Shown: positions 12,585-27,957, counted from the first letter of the stretch. The stretch is 64,000 bases of DNA from Octopus sinensis (GCF_006345805.1 NC_043012.1:41106001-41170000); one strand, 5' to 3'. Made by a program: numbers and translations. The notes: generated by a model not told the origin, from the sequence alone.

Positions 12585-13507
12585 TATATCATATTAGAAG
12601 GTATCTGTCTGTAGTGATTATCTTGTTTTAATAGAAAACGCTTTCTCATGGCATCCCACAGTGGGATCGAACCAGGAATCTACGCGACTGCGCGGCGATC
12701 TTCATAAGCACACTGTTGTTCCTGCCTTCGACTGAATGCTTAATAAATACACATCTCAATGAGAAACACAATACAACCTTTATATTGTTTTTGCCTAAGT
12801 ATTTCTTGAATGTTAAAGAAAAGATTTCGTAAATATCCGTTGCAAACAATGGAAATTCTACATTAGATTTTTTGGAATAATTGTTGTTGTTTTGTATGTG
12901 TGGTGAGGTTGTTTGTGTTTTGTTCTTGTTAATCTTATAGTAAAAACCATTGCTTTTGACAATATGGTATACTAAAATCAATCTTAATGATAATGTCGGC
13001 ATAACTCAAACACACTGGAATCGATATCTATATTCCTAAATATCATATCGTTGAAAAATAAATATTGACAACGTTATTAAATGAACGTAACTTCGACAAA
13101 ACTTTTAGTATTTCATTAAAAAATAAATAAATACATCTCGATACATTCAGAGTTCGATTATGGCTGGTTTTTTTTTTTTGGTTTTTTTTGTTCACATTCT
13201 ATTCACTCACTAAAGATATATAATATTTCATTTTTTTAAATTCTCATTTTCAATTGATTTCTGATAAATTGTATGGATTGCGATGTTAATTTCAGATAAA
13301 TCAGAAAGGGGATTATACCAACGGGTAAGTCTTTCTTCTGATGTCAAAAAATGGAATAAAAGGAGAATCTAAACCGTTTACCTTTCTCTTCTCTCTCTTT
13401 CTTTCTCTCTCTGTGTTCCTTTAAGTCTCTCTTTCTCATACTCACGCATAAAGACACATACACACACGCAAGTGCGCATGCAGACGTACATACACACACA
13501 CACTCAC

Positions 13508-13547
<40 letters not shown>

Positions 13548-14149
13548 GGGTGGGTGCGTGTGTTATGGTGTTTCTAGAGCCAGAAATATATGCGCACCTG
13601 GCAGAAATGCTTTTTGTGCGATGAGTTTATCATTGAATGGGTGATTGCTAATCTGACATCAAATGCAGAATGAAATGGGAAGATTAACACATTCCATTCC
13701 ATTGTATTATTCTGTTAAAATCAGTCTACCTGTCCAACGTTAGTGAACAGGTAACCAGAAACATCAGCAGACACAAACGTGCATGCTCCTCAATCAAAGC
13801 TACATGTGATTGCTCAAAGATTACTAAACGGGATACTAACATGTAGCAGCTCTCAGGAAAACTTTTAAGAGCAATAGGAAGCTATAACAGAACATCTCAC
13901 CTCAACTTGGCATATAATATTGAGGCTAGGATTATTGATGTATTTAACTTTTCTCTTATCAATGACATCGACATAATTTTCTCGAGAGAGCAGCAGCTAT
14001 TCAACGTGAACAAAATAAAAGTAAGCTATAGCTGCGTATTGCTTAGGGTCAATGTCATCAAGGTCCATCCTAGCCTGAAAGCAAAACACAAGAAATACAG
14101 ACACACAAACATAACATACTAACATGCATTCACACATATGCATATACAT

Positions 14150-14197
<48 letters not shown>

Positions 14198-15144
14198 ACA
14201 TACACATATGTATGTGTGCGTATATGAATGTACGGATGTATTTCGTGCTACAAGACTCGTGACAAAATCCTTCTGAACATTTAAAATCAACTTCGTGCGC
14301 ACATGTGTGTATATGCGAGCGCGTGTATGTGACTATGTGTTTGAGTGTTTGCAGACGTGTTTATATATGCGTGTGTATGTGTGTTCATGTGTGTATGTGC
14401 CCATATGGGTGTGTGTAAGTGACTGATAGACACTGGCTATGAATCAATGCAGGCTTGTTACACTTAACGCGGAAGATCGCAAGCATAAATTAAAACAATC
14501 ACAAATCACAAAGCAATGAAAATAACCTCCAAACAAATTCAATCTAATAGAAAATTTTTTTTTTCTAATTAAAGAATACCATCTTACCCTAACCCAGTGT
14601 CTTTATCAAACGAGTACTAAATAAATTACAGATTAATTTTCACTGGCAAACTTTCCTTGAACAAGTGTCGAAACATCTTTAATGGGATTACGGTAATCCT
14701 CTGTTCTGGAAATACAAAACCCAACTACTTTCTTGACGTTCTTTTTACAATGAAATAATTTTCGTTTTCATTAAGAAGTCTTGTTAGAACATTTTAGGAT
14801 GAATTCAATCCATACATTGAATAGAACCGATGAGAAACATTCTTCGTTGTAAATTGTAGAGCTTTGGTTAACCTATCAACGCATGAACCAATATGTCCCT
14901 GTTCTATGGTCTTCATCTTGTAGCGTGTGTCCCACCTCCCGCCATCCAATGTAAATGTGATGATTGAACGGTATATGATTTCGCCAATCATATACCGCTG
15001 TCTCCTTAAAATCAGGTGCTGAAGCAATGGATTACCAACCTTTGCGTTCAGTAGCAGACACTGATCTCTACATGCGTGCGTGTTTCGAGTGCAGACCTCG
15101 TGTATGGCACAACTTGCTTCTTTCCTTGACGTCTCCTGAAATAC

Positions 15145-15345
15145 CTGAGACAAGCGTTATCATCAAGAAGAAGTCAATCCTTGGCACTCCGCAGATCCAT
15201 TTGCTTTCGCTGTATGTCTTCCCACAAATGCTTCAAAACGTAGAACTCTCGATTGACAGTCTCTGTCGAAATCTCAATGCACAACACCGTGGACGTCGAA
15301 AGGAACGATGAGAATGCGGGTCTGTCGCCCGCTTTTGAAACAGAC
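15145..15345 (-). mobile_element. Fragment of the same mariner family
   Basis: Reverse complement aligns to about 12075-12245 and additionally retains the LLDDNA catalytic motif. Confidence 0.8.
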
Positions 15346-16686
15346 TTCCGTCGTCCATAAATAAATGCTGCGTTGCAGACCTAAGAACAATGGTGACTTG
15401 AATTCCAATTTAAAACAAAATCACTTTGTGTTCAAACAATATAAAGCATAATCATCCATTTATCTATCTTGATTTGGCTTTTATTCACTTATAAATTTGT
15501 TCCGATATTAAAATACTTTGCTTCGAGATTATTTTGATTTTTACTTAGAAGTAGTTCGATGTCTGCAAAAATAATGTGGACGGGTAACACGTTTCTGTGG
15601 GGATTAGTTCTGGTCGGGGAATAATGGGAAGAACGAGGGAGAAGTTTAGAAGACAAGACAGGGTAGTATGGTGGGAAGGGAGTAGAGTAGTGTTTCGTAT
15701 AATGATGGGTGGCGGGAAAGCGGGTATAATTAAAAGGGTTGCGGTCCTTTGTAATGCCAGGGGAGGGAAGAACTGAATTTGTTCATCTGTGAGTCAGTTT
15801 TTGCAGTGGGTTGCTCAGGGAACTTTTGCTAAACATCTAAAGGTCTTTCTTTTAAATACGGCGTCGAATATTCGAGAGGGTAAGCAGCTTCAGCCCACCC
15901 ACATAAGTTAGGGGATTGGACGTGACACATAATACATGTATTTTGTCTGTGTGTGCTCGTGTGTACGTGCGTATATGTGTGTCTGTGTGTGTGTGTGCGC
16001 GCGCGCACGCGTGTGTATATGTGTGTGTATAAGTGTGTTCGTGTGTGTGTGGGTGTGTGCTTGTGTCGTGTGCGTAAGAGTGTATGTGTGTGTGTAAGTG
16101 TGTGTGTACGTGTGTACGTATGTGTGTATGTGTGTATATGGGTGGGTGTGAGCGAGTGCCCAGCAACATCTCCGTCAATATGTCCGAGCTGCCCTCTAGT
16201 GTAAGTCTCGTTGAACTTTGCAGAGGGTTGGTTAAAGATGGCCACAACATCTGCAGAATGAATTCAGAGACAAGCATTAAAGGTCAAGTATATCTCCTAC
16301 AAATAAAACACACCACCTGTAATCAACGACCTCACGGATAGTGATACAGTACGCTCTCCATTCGGCTCCCTTTGCCGCCCACGTTTTTCTTATCATCCAC
16401 GTAGTGCCTTCCTCAACACACGCTAGGTTTCACACATCGGTGCCCGAAAATGCCCAAACCGCCCTTTTACTTTCATCCAGCTGTCAACATGTGACTATTT
16501 AAGAACAATATAAACCACACAGTTTTCGCTAGTCTTGGAGGACTTTTGAAGTGCCTACGGACATCGCCCCTCATTTCAGAAGAAACCATTAAAAATATAA
16601 ATCAATACAAAACTTATGTTATTATCGACTCTTTACAGTGGAATTAAATTTTTAATAACAGTGGCACTATGGTTAGGTTTACCGAA

Positions 16687-16740
<54 letters not shown>

Positions 16741-16789
16741 GTGTGTGTGTGTGTGTGTGTGTGTATGTATATATATGATTCTTTTATTT

Positions 16790-16945
16790 TTTATTCTTGT
16801 ATTAGTTTCAGTCATTTGACTGCGGTCATGCTTGAGTACCACCTTTAGTCGAACAAATAGACCCCAGGACTTATACTTTGTAAGTCTAGTACTTATTCTA
16901 TCGGTCTCTTTTGCCGAACTACAACTACAAAGTTACGGGGACGAA
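16790..16945 (-). mobile_element. SINE (family C) 3' fragment
   Basis: tttcagtcatttgactgcggtcatg...accccaggacttatactttgtaag, as in the 55600 copy. Confidence 0.6.
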
Positions 16946-16971
16946 TATATGTGTGTGTATATATATATATT

Positions 16972-17297
16972 ACAGGCTCAGTGGTTAGAGCGTCGAGCTT
17001 ACGATCGTGAGGTTGTGAGCTCGAATCCCGGACCGGGCTGCGTGTTGTGTTCTTGAGCAAGGCACTTTATTTTACGTTGCTCCAGTTCACTCAGCTGTAG
17101 AAATGAGTTGCGACGTCACAGGTGCCAAGCTGTATCGACCTTTGTCTTTCCCTTGGATAACACTGGTGGCGTGGAGAGGGGAGGCTGGTATGCATGGGCG
17201 ACTGCTGGTCTCCCATTAAACAAGCTTGCCCGGACTTGTGTCTAGGAGGGTAACTTTCTAGATGCAATCCCATGGTCATTCATAACCGAAGGGGGTC
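16972..17297 (+). mobile_element. Full-length young tRNA-derived SINE (family A)
   Basis: A-box-like GGCTCAGTGGTTAGAGCG and B-box-like GCTCGAATCCC, followed by a non-tRNA body; near-identical inverted copy at 39646-39992. Confidence 0.85.
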
Positions 17298-17372
17298 TTA
17301 ATCAATCATTATATCTCTCTATAATATACATTATCTCTCTCTCTATATATATATGTTATATCTATATATATG

Positions 17373-17465
<93 letters not shown>

Positions 17466-17707
17466 TATACATACTTATACATATATATATTACAGCATAC
17501 CAATATATCTAACTATATATAATATTATTATATTATATATCTCTATATTTCTATCTCTCTACCTGTCTGTCTGTCTGTCTTTCTCTCTCTCTCTCTATCT
17601 ATCTATCTATATATATCAATCTATACCCCGCTATCTCTCTATATATGTATATGTATATTGTATATATTTGTATGTATGTAATGTATGCATGTATGTATGT
17701 ATATATG

Positions 17708-17764
<57 letters not shown>

Positions 17765-17791
17765 CATAAATACATACTTACATTAATACAT

Positions 17792-17872
<81 letters not shown>

Positions 17873-20339
17873 AATATTTCTATAGATATATATATATCTT
17901 CTGATGTTTTTGGAAGAGGAACGGATATTTTTAAGTTGTGCGTATTTTTTGATATTCATCTGTTGCAGTATCCATTGGCTGCGCCTTTTATATCCTGATG
18001 CAGCGATATAGAATATATTGTTTTACTTTGGAGGGATGTTCTATGCATCTCGTGAAAACGAATATTTCTCAAATGCTTCATACCAGGAAAGATGTTTATA
18101 CAAAGACACGAAACCATTCCTTTATTGCAGAAACCGTTTTATTATCCACCATGATTCCTGCATATAAAATTGGACCCCGACTCTTTATCTGTATAAGCAA
18201 GCTTTCCGATCTAAGCATACATTCCGTCCATCCGATCTGTATAGTTGAGCATTGTTTGACTGTAGTGAGACTATTTTAACAGAATGGTTCTTCTGTTAGA
18301 TGGAATGATATGAAGATGAAATGGTACCAGACATATTTTATCTCTTTTCTCTTCACTTCTTTCTTTCTCCTCTCTCCTCTCCCTCTCATACACATATACA
18401 TATTGCCATATTGATCGTACCGTACAACAAGTAACTAAATTATTTAGCTTTTCGTTTTGGTGGAATTATCATCACAATTTACTAGTATATTTGATGGAAA
18501 TATGAACATTTTTCTGGATATTTTTTCTACTTTCTGATGGCTATCCATTTTTTGCCCATATTTTGTGAAGTCTTTGAAAATATTTCTGCTACTTTGAAAT
18601 GAAAGAAAAGCTTATTGAGAATTCATAAATGAAACTTAACAATTATATCTGCTACTTTGTCGTGTTCTTTTTCGTACTTTTATCTTTATTCATATAATTC
18701 TAAAACCGTACTTTAGTTATCTATAAGGCTCCGCTAGATAATACAGATAGATAAACCGAAGTAGACAGACAGATTTCTGTAAATATTACATTAGAGATTG
18801 CTGATATTTTATTTATCAAGGGTGATTTTAAAAAGTTTTGTGCTTCATGTATCTAGAAACTTGTTTACCAAAGTATCAATTGGCGCTTAAAATTAAATTT
18901 AAAAATAAATTCTTTTTTTAAATGTTGCTTATAATAAGATTAGAATTTCTTTCAAAATCCCATAACGCACAAGATTACTAATAGGTATCATGTTAATAGA
19001 GTCACATTTTATATTTGATAGAAAAATTAAAAGATAGAGAAGATTGGGGCTTGTCACATGAGAAGTATAGATTATTCTGGAGATGTAACTTATAAATATG
19101 TTGGGTATCTCTGTTTAGAAACAATATTTTGTCTATTGGTTTGGCATTAATTATTTTTGATTTTAAATAATCATTTGTGTTCTTAATTGTTATTTTCTAT
19201 AGGACACATTTATAAAATTTAGGTTTGATAATACACGCTTATCTGTTTTAAGAAATGTTTGATAGTAAAACATTTAATAAATCTTTCTAAGAGGTCTTGC
19301 ATGATTCGAAGTCTTTTGTCGGTATCTTTCGATTTGTTACGAAATCGGATTAACCAATTGGATTAATGATTCACATAGCATTTTCCTTGTCTCTATAAGG
19401 ACGTCAATCTTGAATCTTTCCTTCATTCTTATGATGTTTGTGTTTTCTCAAGTTAAAATGTTCCCTCAATTATTGTAACATTATAGTTCGAAAAAGATTG
19501 TAAAAGGGTTTTCCACTTTCAAAAGACGAAGACTTTTTATTGTACTCGGCGTTAGAATTTTAATTTGACGTAAATTCTGTAAATTTAAACTGACAACCAT
19601 TCATGCAATGATTCAGAATATATGGTGTATAAACAATAATTAGACTGTTAATTATTACTGAACTTATTAGAGGAACTGAGCAACGCAAAGCAAAACTCGT
19701 ATCAGAAATATTTAAGAATGACTGTGAAAGAAAAAAAGCGGAATAATGTTTCCCAAAGGTTTCCTTTCCCCGCCAAAGAGTCGATATACAAATATTTATT
19801 GGGGCTTACAGGCCGAATCAATCGTTTTGAGGCAAGATGTAGAGAGTCCATTTCTTTAACAGTTAATTTACATATTCTTGAGCGTGTCTCTTTATTGATA
19901 ACTGAATTCAAAGCGATATCGAAAAACGTGTTTACTAATAGGATGTAGAATAAATTTACGAAATAAAAGAAATTTAAAACTGTAGCTTATGCTGTTAAGG
20001 CCTCCATATCTACAGAACCACTCGAATCCCTATTATTAACAAATAATTGTAGATATTTATCTTGAATCAAATTCTTACCAATAGAGGATAGTGAAACCTC
20101 AGTTTTCAGTATCAGGGGAAGGTTTTCTATTAAGAAGCTAAATTGAAGTAAAGTTAAATTGTCAAAGTTAATTAGTCGATGCAAGATAAATTGTCTCAAT
20201 GAGAATAAATTATAGGCAGAAAATCTCCAAATTACACGCGATTTCTGTATTATAGTATAGTTTCATCATGTCAGCAGAATTGTCATAATAAGCACAAATT
20301 TATTTAATTCGGTTAATAAAACTTATTTGAGTTGAATGG

Positions 20340-20740
20340 AAATTGTTAGATAGAAGCAACAAACTTTCTACAATCTATGTACATTTTGCGTTGCAGTTGG
20401 AACTGCACGCCAACATCTTCATGTTGTTACGCGAAAATATTTTCTTGTGATGCATGAAAAAAGTGCAAATTATTTACATTGTAACGAAATTTCTGAAGTT
20501 CTGAACTGCTTCTGGCATAAAAATCCCAATATGGCACCGTTTGGTAAATATTTTCTAAAAGCAACAGTATTTTCTAAATTACGAATATTTGATAGTGATC
20601 TTCTATGAGTGATTACCAGACACTGAAATTGTAATTAACACCTTGTGCAATTTCTTTCCGAAGAGAATTGAGTGTGAAGCAAAGTTCAATTGCTTTGCGC
20701 ATGTCATTAACATTTATAGAATTTATGTCAAGCTTCATGA
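20340..20740 (+). mobile_element. Possible highly degraded hAT transposase fossil
   Basis: Only the KFNCFAHVINI motif (compare hAT C.AH.LNL) is clear; surrounding frames are broken. Confidence 0.28.
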
Positions 20741-23365
20741 TACTTCATGCTTTCAGTTGACGCGTTCGCTAGGTAAAGATTCCCAGTTTAATTTGAAATG
20801 CTATAAATAGAATTCGGAATATTGATTACTGACTTTACAAAATTAACATAAACATTGATGTAAAACAAACTGAATTATATAATCGTAAAAAATATTCACT
20901 TTTATAGAATTTGTTGGACGAACTTTACCAAATAAAGCACGATACATTCATTAATTGCTACCATTTTTCTTTTTGCTTTTTGGTCACGTGTTGTGCATCA
21001 TTGTTGTTTATTTTGAACACATACAACTACCCTAAGGCTAGATATAATTGGAAACCTACAAAATATACTTTTTAAATAGGAAAGCGATATGCTAGGCCTA
21101 ACAAAGAGAATGCTTCAAGAAAATTACAGATCTGACCTCAAAATACTTTTAGCAAAATTGAGTTAAAATAATTTGAAATAGCATTTGTGAAAAATAATGA
21201 CTCGCAGAGAATTTATGAGGATAGAGGTTAACCTATTTTTAAATCTCTGAGAAACTAAAAACGTAAATATTAATTTATAACATATTAATGAAATATTTCC
21301 GGTTTCTCTAAATTATGTTCGTAAAAACCATGAATTTTCTTTCGATAGCGTTGTTTTTAAATTCATAAATATCTGAAATATCATAAAAATACTAAAGTCA
21401 GTCATTTATATACAGTAATTATAATTTTGAAAGTAGATCTGGATAAAGTTCCTTCCTAAACCTAATCATATTCCATTCGAATATTTTCGGCTACACAACT
21501 GTCTTGTTTCTTTCTAGAATCAAACATCCTGCTATGAGATCCAACGCCCGTATGCTGCGGCCTCGATTGGATCTTGAAAAGTCACAGCAAACGAGGCTCA
21601 CCTCTGGGTAAATACTGGAACTTTTCGTCGCATGTTATTGCTAAGGAGCTTCATCAGACCCACTTCGGTACAATCGCTTCCAACTCTTACATTAGTTAAT
21701 AGATTAATTGAAAGTTTATTCCCGATGAACTCAACTTCATTTAGTTTCATGCTTTCATATTCTCCAGCTCGTTCTGTCATTCTTTCCACCATTTTACGAA
21801 CACATCCATCAGCACATAATTGATTGAATCATCGATTGATACATTTGAATAGCTTAGTCTAAGGAGGAGAGACAGTGCCCATAGTCCATCTTGCGGCCTC
21901 TGCGACTCGTGGCTGGAAGTGAGAGAATTACTTTTAGATCTTTCCTGAAAACATACAACAGAATATTCCACATTAGATCACTTAAGGGCCACGTGACAAT
22001 TTTAAACTGAGTTACAGATGAAGGCTTGCACGAAAAATATATGATAGAAAGTCGACTCAAATACTGTAATTATAGATGACCTTAAAACGATGAGATAGTC
22101 ACAGATGGAAGGGCCATAGATCATTAATAGTTGACGTGAACAAATATCTGGTAGTTATTTTATTAGATGACCCTTGATGGGATTCGAACCAGAGACATAC
22201 AAAGTAATGGTTTTTGATTTGGGCGCAAGGTCAGCAATTTGAGGGGCGGGCGTAGGGTGCTACTATTGATGTTAGTATTTGACCAATACTGTATTTTAGC
22301 GAACCCTGGGGGCCAAAGGGTAATGGTGAGCTGAACGAGATTTAAAATCAGACAAATATTACATACATAGCTTTTATATGATGGTCTTTTATATCGATAG
22401 TCTTATTACATTCCGATCACTGCGGTAAACTAAATTAATCAACTCAACACTGTTTATTTTACTAGATTGAATTATTTTTCGTACAACAAAATATTTTCTT
22501 TCCTTCTATTAGTTATGTCCTCTGTACTTTACCAATCAATACTTTTTTATTTGGTTAAGATAAACTTAGTAAATTTTTATTTACCTTTCTGAATAGTAAT
22601 AAGTAAATTCTGTTTATCATTCACAACTGAAATTTTATATTCAGCAATAAAACTACCGAATTTATCAGTCAAAAAACTATAAAAATATTCTATATTATAT
22701 TTGTGGTTTATGTTCACTGCTTTCTATTGAAGCTCATAGGCAGTTATTACGTCATATTCCAAATAATGATTTAACTTGTCTTCGAAAGCAATATTCGGGA
22801 TTTCGTTTTTATATCAAAATACTTCTTTTTATTATCTCTCCCAATTATCAGCTCCACTCATATTTACTGTGACACCCATTATACACAACTAGACCCATAT
22901 ACACATTAAGGACCACGCTGACTTTTAACATGTGCCAATGGTGGAATCAACGGAGCACCAGGATAATGTCGTTCGGCATTCAGTTCTCTCCCTTTAAAAT
23001 CAAGGCGTAGATGTGTGGTAAGAAGTTTGCTTCCCAACCAAATGCTTTCGTGTTCGGTTCCAATTGTCTTCTACTATAACTTCAGGCTGACCAAAGCCTT
23101 TAGAGCAGATTTAGTAGACGTAAACTGAAAAAAGCCCATTGTACATATATATATACACGACAAGAAATCATTTTTGTCTCTTTTTATGGAAACAAAAGGG
23201 TTCATAGGACTGCAAAAACAAGTGCCCAAATGTAAATGAGACAAAGATAAAGAAACATTGATCATAGAACAAAGATCAAATATGAATGTGCGTGTGTGGA
23301 TGTGTATATATATATATGTGTGTGTGTATGTGTATATATATATATATGTGTGTGTGTATGTGTAT

Positions 23366-23405
<40 letters not shown>

Positions 23406-23407
<2 letters not shown>

Positions 23408-23590
23408 TCGGCATGATAGATCGTTAACCACTACACACATTTTTTTCTCTCCTTGTTTTTTATGTGTCCATTTCTGTAGAAGACCGTAGGCTCGAAACGT
23501 AAAATACTTTTTCTATTCCTGAGCGTTATACTAATACACCTATTTGTTTTGTACACCACCTGTCTTTGTCTTTTGTTTTTTCGTGAACTC
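23406..23590 (+). repeat. Second copy of the 305-470 repeat family
   Basis: Shares catgataga..ccactacacacattttt..ctgtagaaga..ggctcgaaacgtaaaa..cctgagcgttatactaatac with the first copy; embedded in (TA)n. Confidence 0.7.
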
Positions 23591-23591
23591 T

Positions 23592-24120
<529 letters not shown>

Positions 24121-24129
24121 GCGCATATC

Positions 24130-24360
24130 TATGTGTGTGTCTTTGTGTCTTTGTCTATCCTCCACCATCACTGCTTTATAACGGTGGTGGTGCATTTGCA
24201 TTCTAGCGGTCGGTTCCGCAAAAAGAGTGATAGAGTAAATACCAGGCTTTTATAAAATATGTACTGGAGTCGATTCATTCGACTGAAAACTCTTCAAGGC
24301 AGTGCCTCAACATGGCCACAGTCTAATGACTGAAACAAGCAGAAACATAAAAAAATGGAA
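24130..24360 (+). mobile_element. SINE (family C) fragment
   Basis: cggttccgcaaaagagtgatagagtaaataccaggc...gtcgattcattcgactgaaaac...catggccacagtctaatgactgaaacaag. Confidence 0.6.
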
Positions 24361-25554
24361 AAGATACCAGAAGTATATTCAAAATCGTTTCAGTTAGTTG
24401 TAAAAGAAGGTTGTATCTATTTAAAATAAAGGGGCTGTTACTGTTGGGTAAGCCCCAAATCAGTTGTGATTAGCAAACCTATGAACAAAGCTGTTTCAGA
24501 CACAACAAACAACTCTTACCTTCTCTGTCATTTGTTTTGTTGCTGTGGTTTACCCATTATCTCTATGGGTAGCCTGTCAACAGAATCATTAGATTGTCGG
24601 CTAAAAGGCCTTATGGAATTGGTTCCGGTTTCCTGCGTTTTCAGTTATCATGTTCAAATTCTGCCACGATCAACTTCATCCTTTAATGATCGTCCCACTC
24701 AGTAAAGAACCAATCAAATACTCGATTCTATATTGTTCTCTCTCTCTCTCTTTCTCTCTGCTACTTTGCTCTGTAAGGAGTTTAGGGGCTAGTACCACTC
24801 ATGCGCAGTGTTCCCTTGTTCTGAAATAGAGAAAAGTTGAGCGAGGGCCTAGCAATCACTTCATATAGAAAAGTATGATTTGAGAGCAATTTGGTTGCTA
24901 TTGCTAGGTGTTGAAATCTAATGAACGCATAGATGTATCTTTTGACTCATCTAGAAACATGATTATAAGACAATCACTGAAGAAACCGTTATGTTTCTAG
25001 TCTGCGAGCAGGGAATCGTTCAAAGTAATTGCTATTTAATTTCAACTTGTGTTGCTAGGAATGCAATGAACATCACAACACTGTATTTTCATTTTTAATA
25101 TTCCGAAAGTTTAGAAAAATTCATTTATAAAAAAATACAGTAAAAGAGAAAGAGGTTCTCAAAGGATTCCAATGTTCCTCGTTTTACGATTTTGTGGTTG
25201 GTTTCTCGCAGTTTTGAATTTAGATTCTTGAAACAGTTTCATTTATATCATGAATCCTCTTAGAAAATCTGTTCCAAATTCCATTGATTCAAATCAAATT
25301 TTTATAGCGTTGATATAAAAATTTCTTATTTTGCTGCACACAGCTTCTACAAAGTTCTGAGCGATGTACAATTGTATCATGATAAATATATTTAGCAGGT
25401 GGAAATAAGGGTGATAACAGGTTAGATGTTATTTACAGTAATAGACATAAGGCATGTAACTACGAGGTAGAAACGGGGTAGGAAGAAGAAAAAGAGGATA
25501 GGTTGGAAAGAACGGGATGTAGCCAAGTACAAAGCGAATTACAATCATACTGTT

Positions 25555-25975
25555 GGTTTGGAATTTTGGCAGAGGGCTGACAGGTTTGGGGGAGCGGCCA
25601 AGTCGATTATATCGACCCCAGTAATTTATTATTGATTCCTAAATGACGAGAGGCAAAGTCGACCCCGGCTGGATTTGAACTCAGAACGTAAAGATCGACA
25701 AAATGCCGCTAAGTATTTTGTCCGGGGCGGTAGCGATTCTGCCAGATTACCGCCTTCATTGATAATATTGATTTCAAATTTTAGCTCTAATTTCGGGGGA
25801 GGGTTAAGTCGATTTCATCGATCCTAGTATATCACTGGTACTTATTTTATCGACCCCGAAAGGACGAGAGACAAAGTCGACCTCGGCAGAATTTGAATTC
25901 AGAACGTGAAGACGGACGAAAGGTCGCAAAACATTTTTCCCGGCTTGCTAACGATTCCGCTGCTCACCGCTTTTA
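25555..25975 (-). mobile_element. Two tandem SINE (family B) copies
   Basis: Two successive matches to the reverse complement of the 53838 copy (aaagtcgacc..atttgaactcagaacgt). Confidence 0.65.
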
Positions 25976-27957
25976 ATTGCAATGATAATATTGACAATGA
26001 AAACAATAAATTAACTCACAATCGTTTCAAATCGGTCGCTTTATTTGTAACTCCTCTGCCCAATCAGTATTAAGAATATTCCAAGACATACATTCTGCCT
26101 GGTTGTGTCTTGTTTACTGGAATAGTTTCTGTCTTGTCATGTAATTATTCTTTATCAGTTTTAATTACCGAATACATAAAGTTTATTAGAATACAAATCA
26201 GAAAAGCGACAACAATAAAATTTAACGGCAAAGAATTACAGAATTCGTTGTTTCTTGCCTGGTTCTCGGTTCAACTTCTTGATTCCCGTTCCTCGTTAAA
26301 CTGCGAGTGTCTCTGAAATACGGAGAAGAATTACAAGTTCTATATTTTCTTTCTTTCATGATCTACATTGAGGTGCACGGTAGACTGTAGCATTATTTTG
26401 ATGTCACGGGATCAAGTGACCGACTGCATAATCGGATGTTGTTACACATCGCTGATCCCGATACGCTTTGCATTGTCTTTCAGCTCTTGAATGACGCCAC
26501 CCTGCCGGGTAGGCCAGCACTCCTCTCGTCGGAAGGATAGTTCGTTGCGGAGTGACCCATTTACAACAGAGTGAACTGGAGGAACAGGATATGAACTGTT
26601 TTATCCAAGGAAACAACGCTCCGTTCGGTCCGAGAATCGAACTGCGATTTGGCGATCGTGATTGCAACATCCTAAACACTAAGCCACGGATCTTCACGTT
26701 CTGATAAAACAATGAGAAAGTCCCTTATATTTAAAGAATTTATTGTAACCGAATTACTCATTCCACGTCAGTAATTCAATTCTTTTGTAAGAAAATATCA
26801 AGGCAATACATTTAAAGAACGTGGAAAGACTCATCTTAAAATTTTGGAAGTTTCTGATATATTAAGATAAATTTTAGAACGCATTATCCACCATATTTGA
26901 TGTTACCAAAGTAAAGGCATATATTATCGATCCCTTATCCGTTAGATGTGTGCGAAAACCTTCTCGCTATAATTACTTTGACTTTCATCTAATCGATCGT
27001 CAGGCCAACTTTGCAGAAAATTTAAGTTCTTGCATATTTTAAAATTTCTTTGTTTCCAGGTTATCTAAGAAACTCGATGTAAATATTCAAATTGAAGAAG
27101 ACATGGTATGTTAATGTAAAACAATGTACTAGGCTAGATATAGTTTTATGTCCCCGTTTCTTAATTCCTCATTCTATCTCTTACCATATCTCCTATAAAC
27201 ATTAGGCCTCGCTATCTATCTTCGCATATGGTTCAGCAAGCAGTTTTTATATTTCTATTTGTAACACTTAGCTGTATAAAATTATACAAATTAATAAATT
27301 CGTTAAAAGACCACACGCATCTAGAAGAGGCTAAAGATTATTGATTGGCCGCAGAACTTGAATAGAGCTCCTTCTTCGAACCCACAGTGTTGTAAATGTA
27401 AAGACAACCTAAAAGCGGTTTTTGAAATCAAAGCGTAGACATGTAGCTACTAAATTCTAGATATGAAACAGGGTCTTTTTATGGGTGTTATCTTCAATAA
27501 TATAGGCATGGACGCATGTTATATACGAAATTAGATACAATCGCCCACACACACACACACACACGTACACGTGTATGTATATATGTATTTATGTATGAAG
27601 TTATGTATATGCATCTCCATGCATGTATATAAAATCATGTGATGGAGTTGCGCGTCGAAGACGACGTATTGGTGTTCAACCTTTGCCGAAGGACCTGCAC
27701 AAGCGATTCGTTTATAGAGACCAAATGGTTTGTGTCGCACATTAGCTCACGTTCTCCATCAGGTCGATAATTATCTGTACAGATGCATGGTGTGCCACAC
27801 TTCTGGTGTCGAAGCGATCGTAACGTAACGTGAAATAGAGTGTTTTGCTCAACATAACACCCAATCTAGGAATTGAAACCATGATTGTGAGTGCAAAACC
27901 GTAACCACTCGGCCATGTGTTCTCACTAAAGTTCATATACGAACCGAAATATATGCA

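Noticed and set aside
13296-13324. Possible 29-nt micro-exon (DKSERGLYQR) with a GTAAGT donor
   Set aside because: The phase fits the upstream exon, but the peptide does not resemble the expected post-S2 sequence; such sites arise by chance.
16972-17045. tRNA gene (also the heads at about 39920-39990, 53270 and 55880)
   Set aside because: The tRNA-like head runs into a shared non-tRNA body with no acceptor-stem closure; these are SINE heads.
18455-18510. FSFWWNYHHN peptide as the missing TRPC WWN exon
   Set aside because: The frame closes within 20 codons and no D-F motif follows.
21625-21660. Hammerhead candidates on the minus strand here and at about 26997, 32319 and 48590
   Set aside because: Each has CUGANGA and sometimes a hairpin, but lacks a correctly placed GAAA or stems I and III.
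27060-27105. Possible 46-nt micro-exon (LSKKLDVNIQIEEDM) with good splice sites
   Set aside because: No TRPC similarity and no phase link to the known exons; cannot be supported without RNA data.
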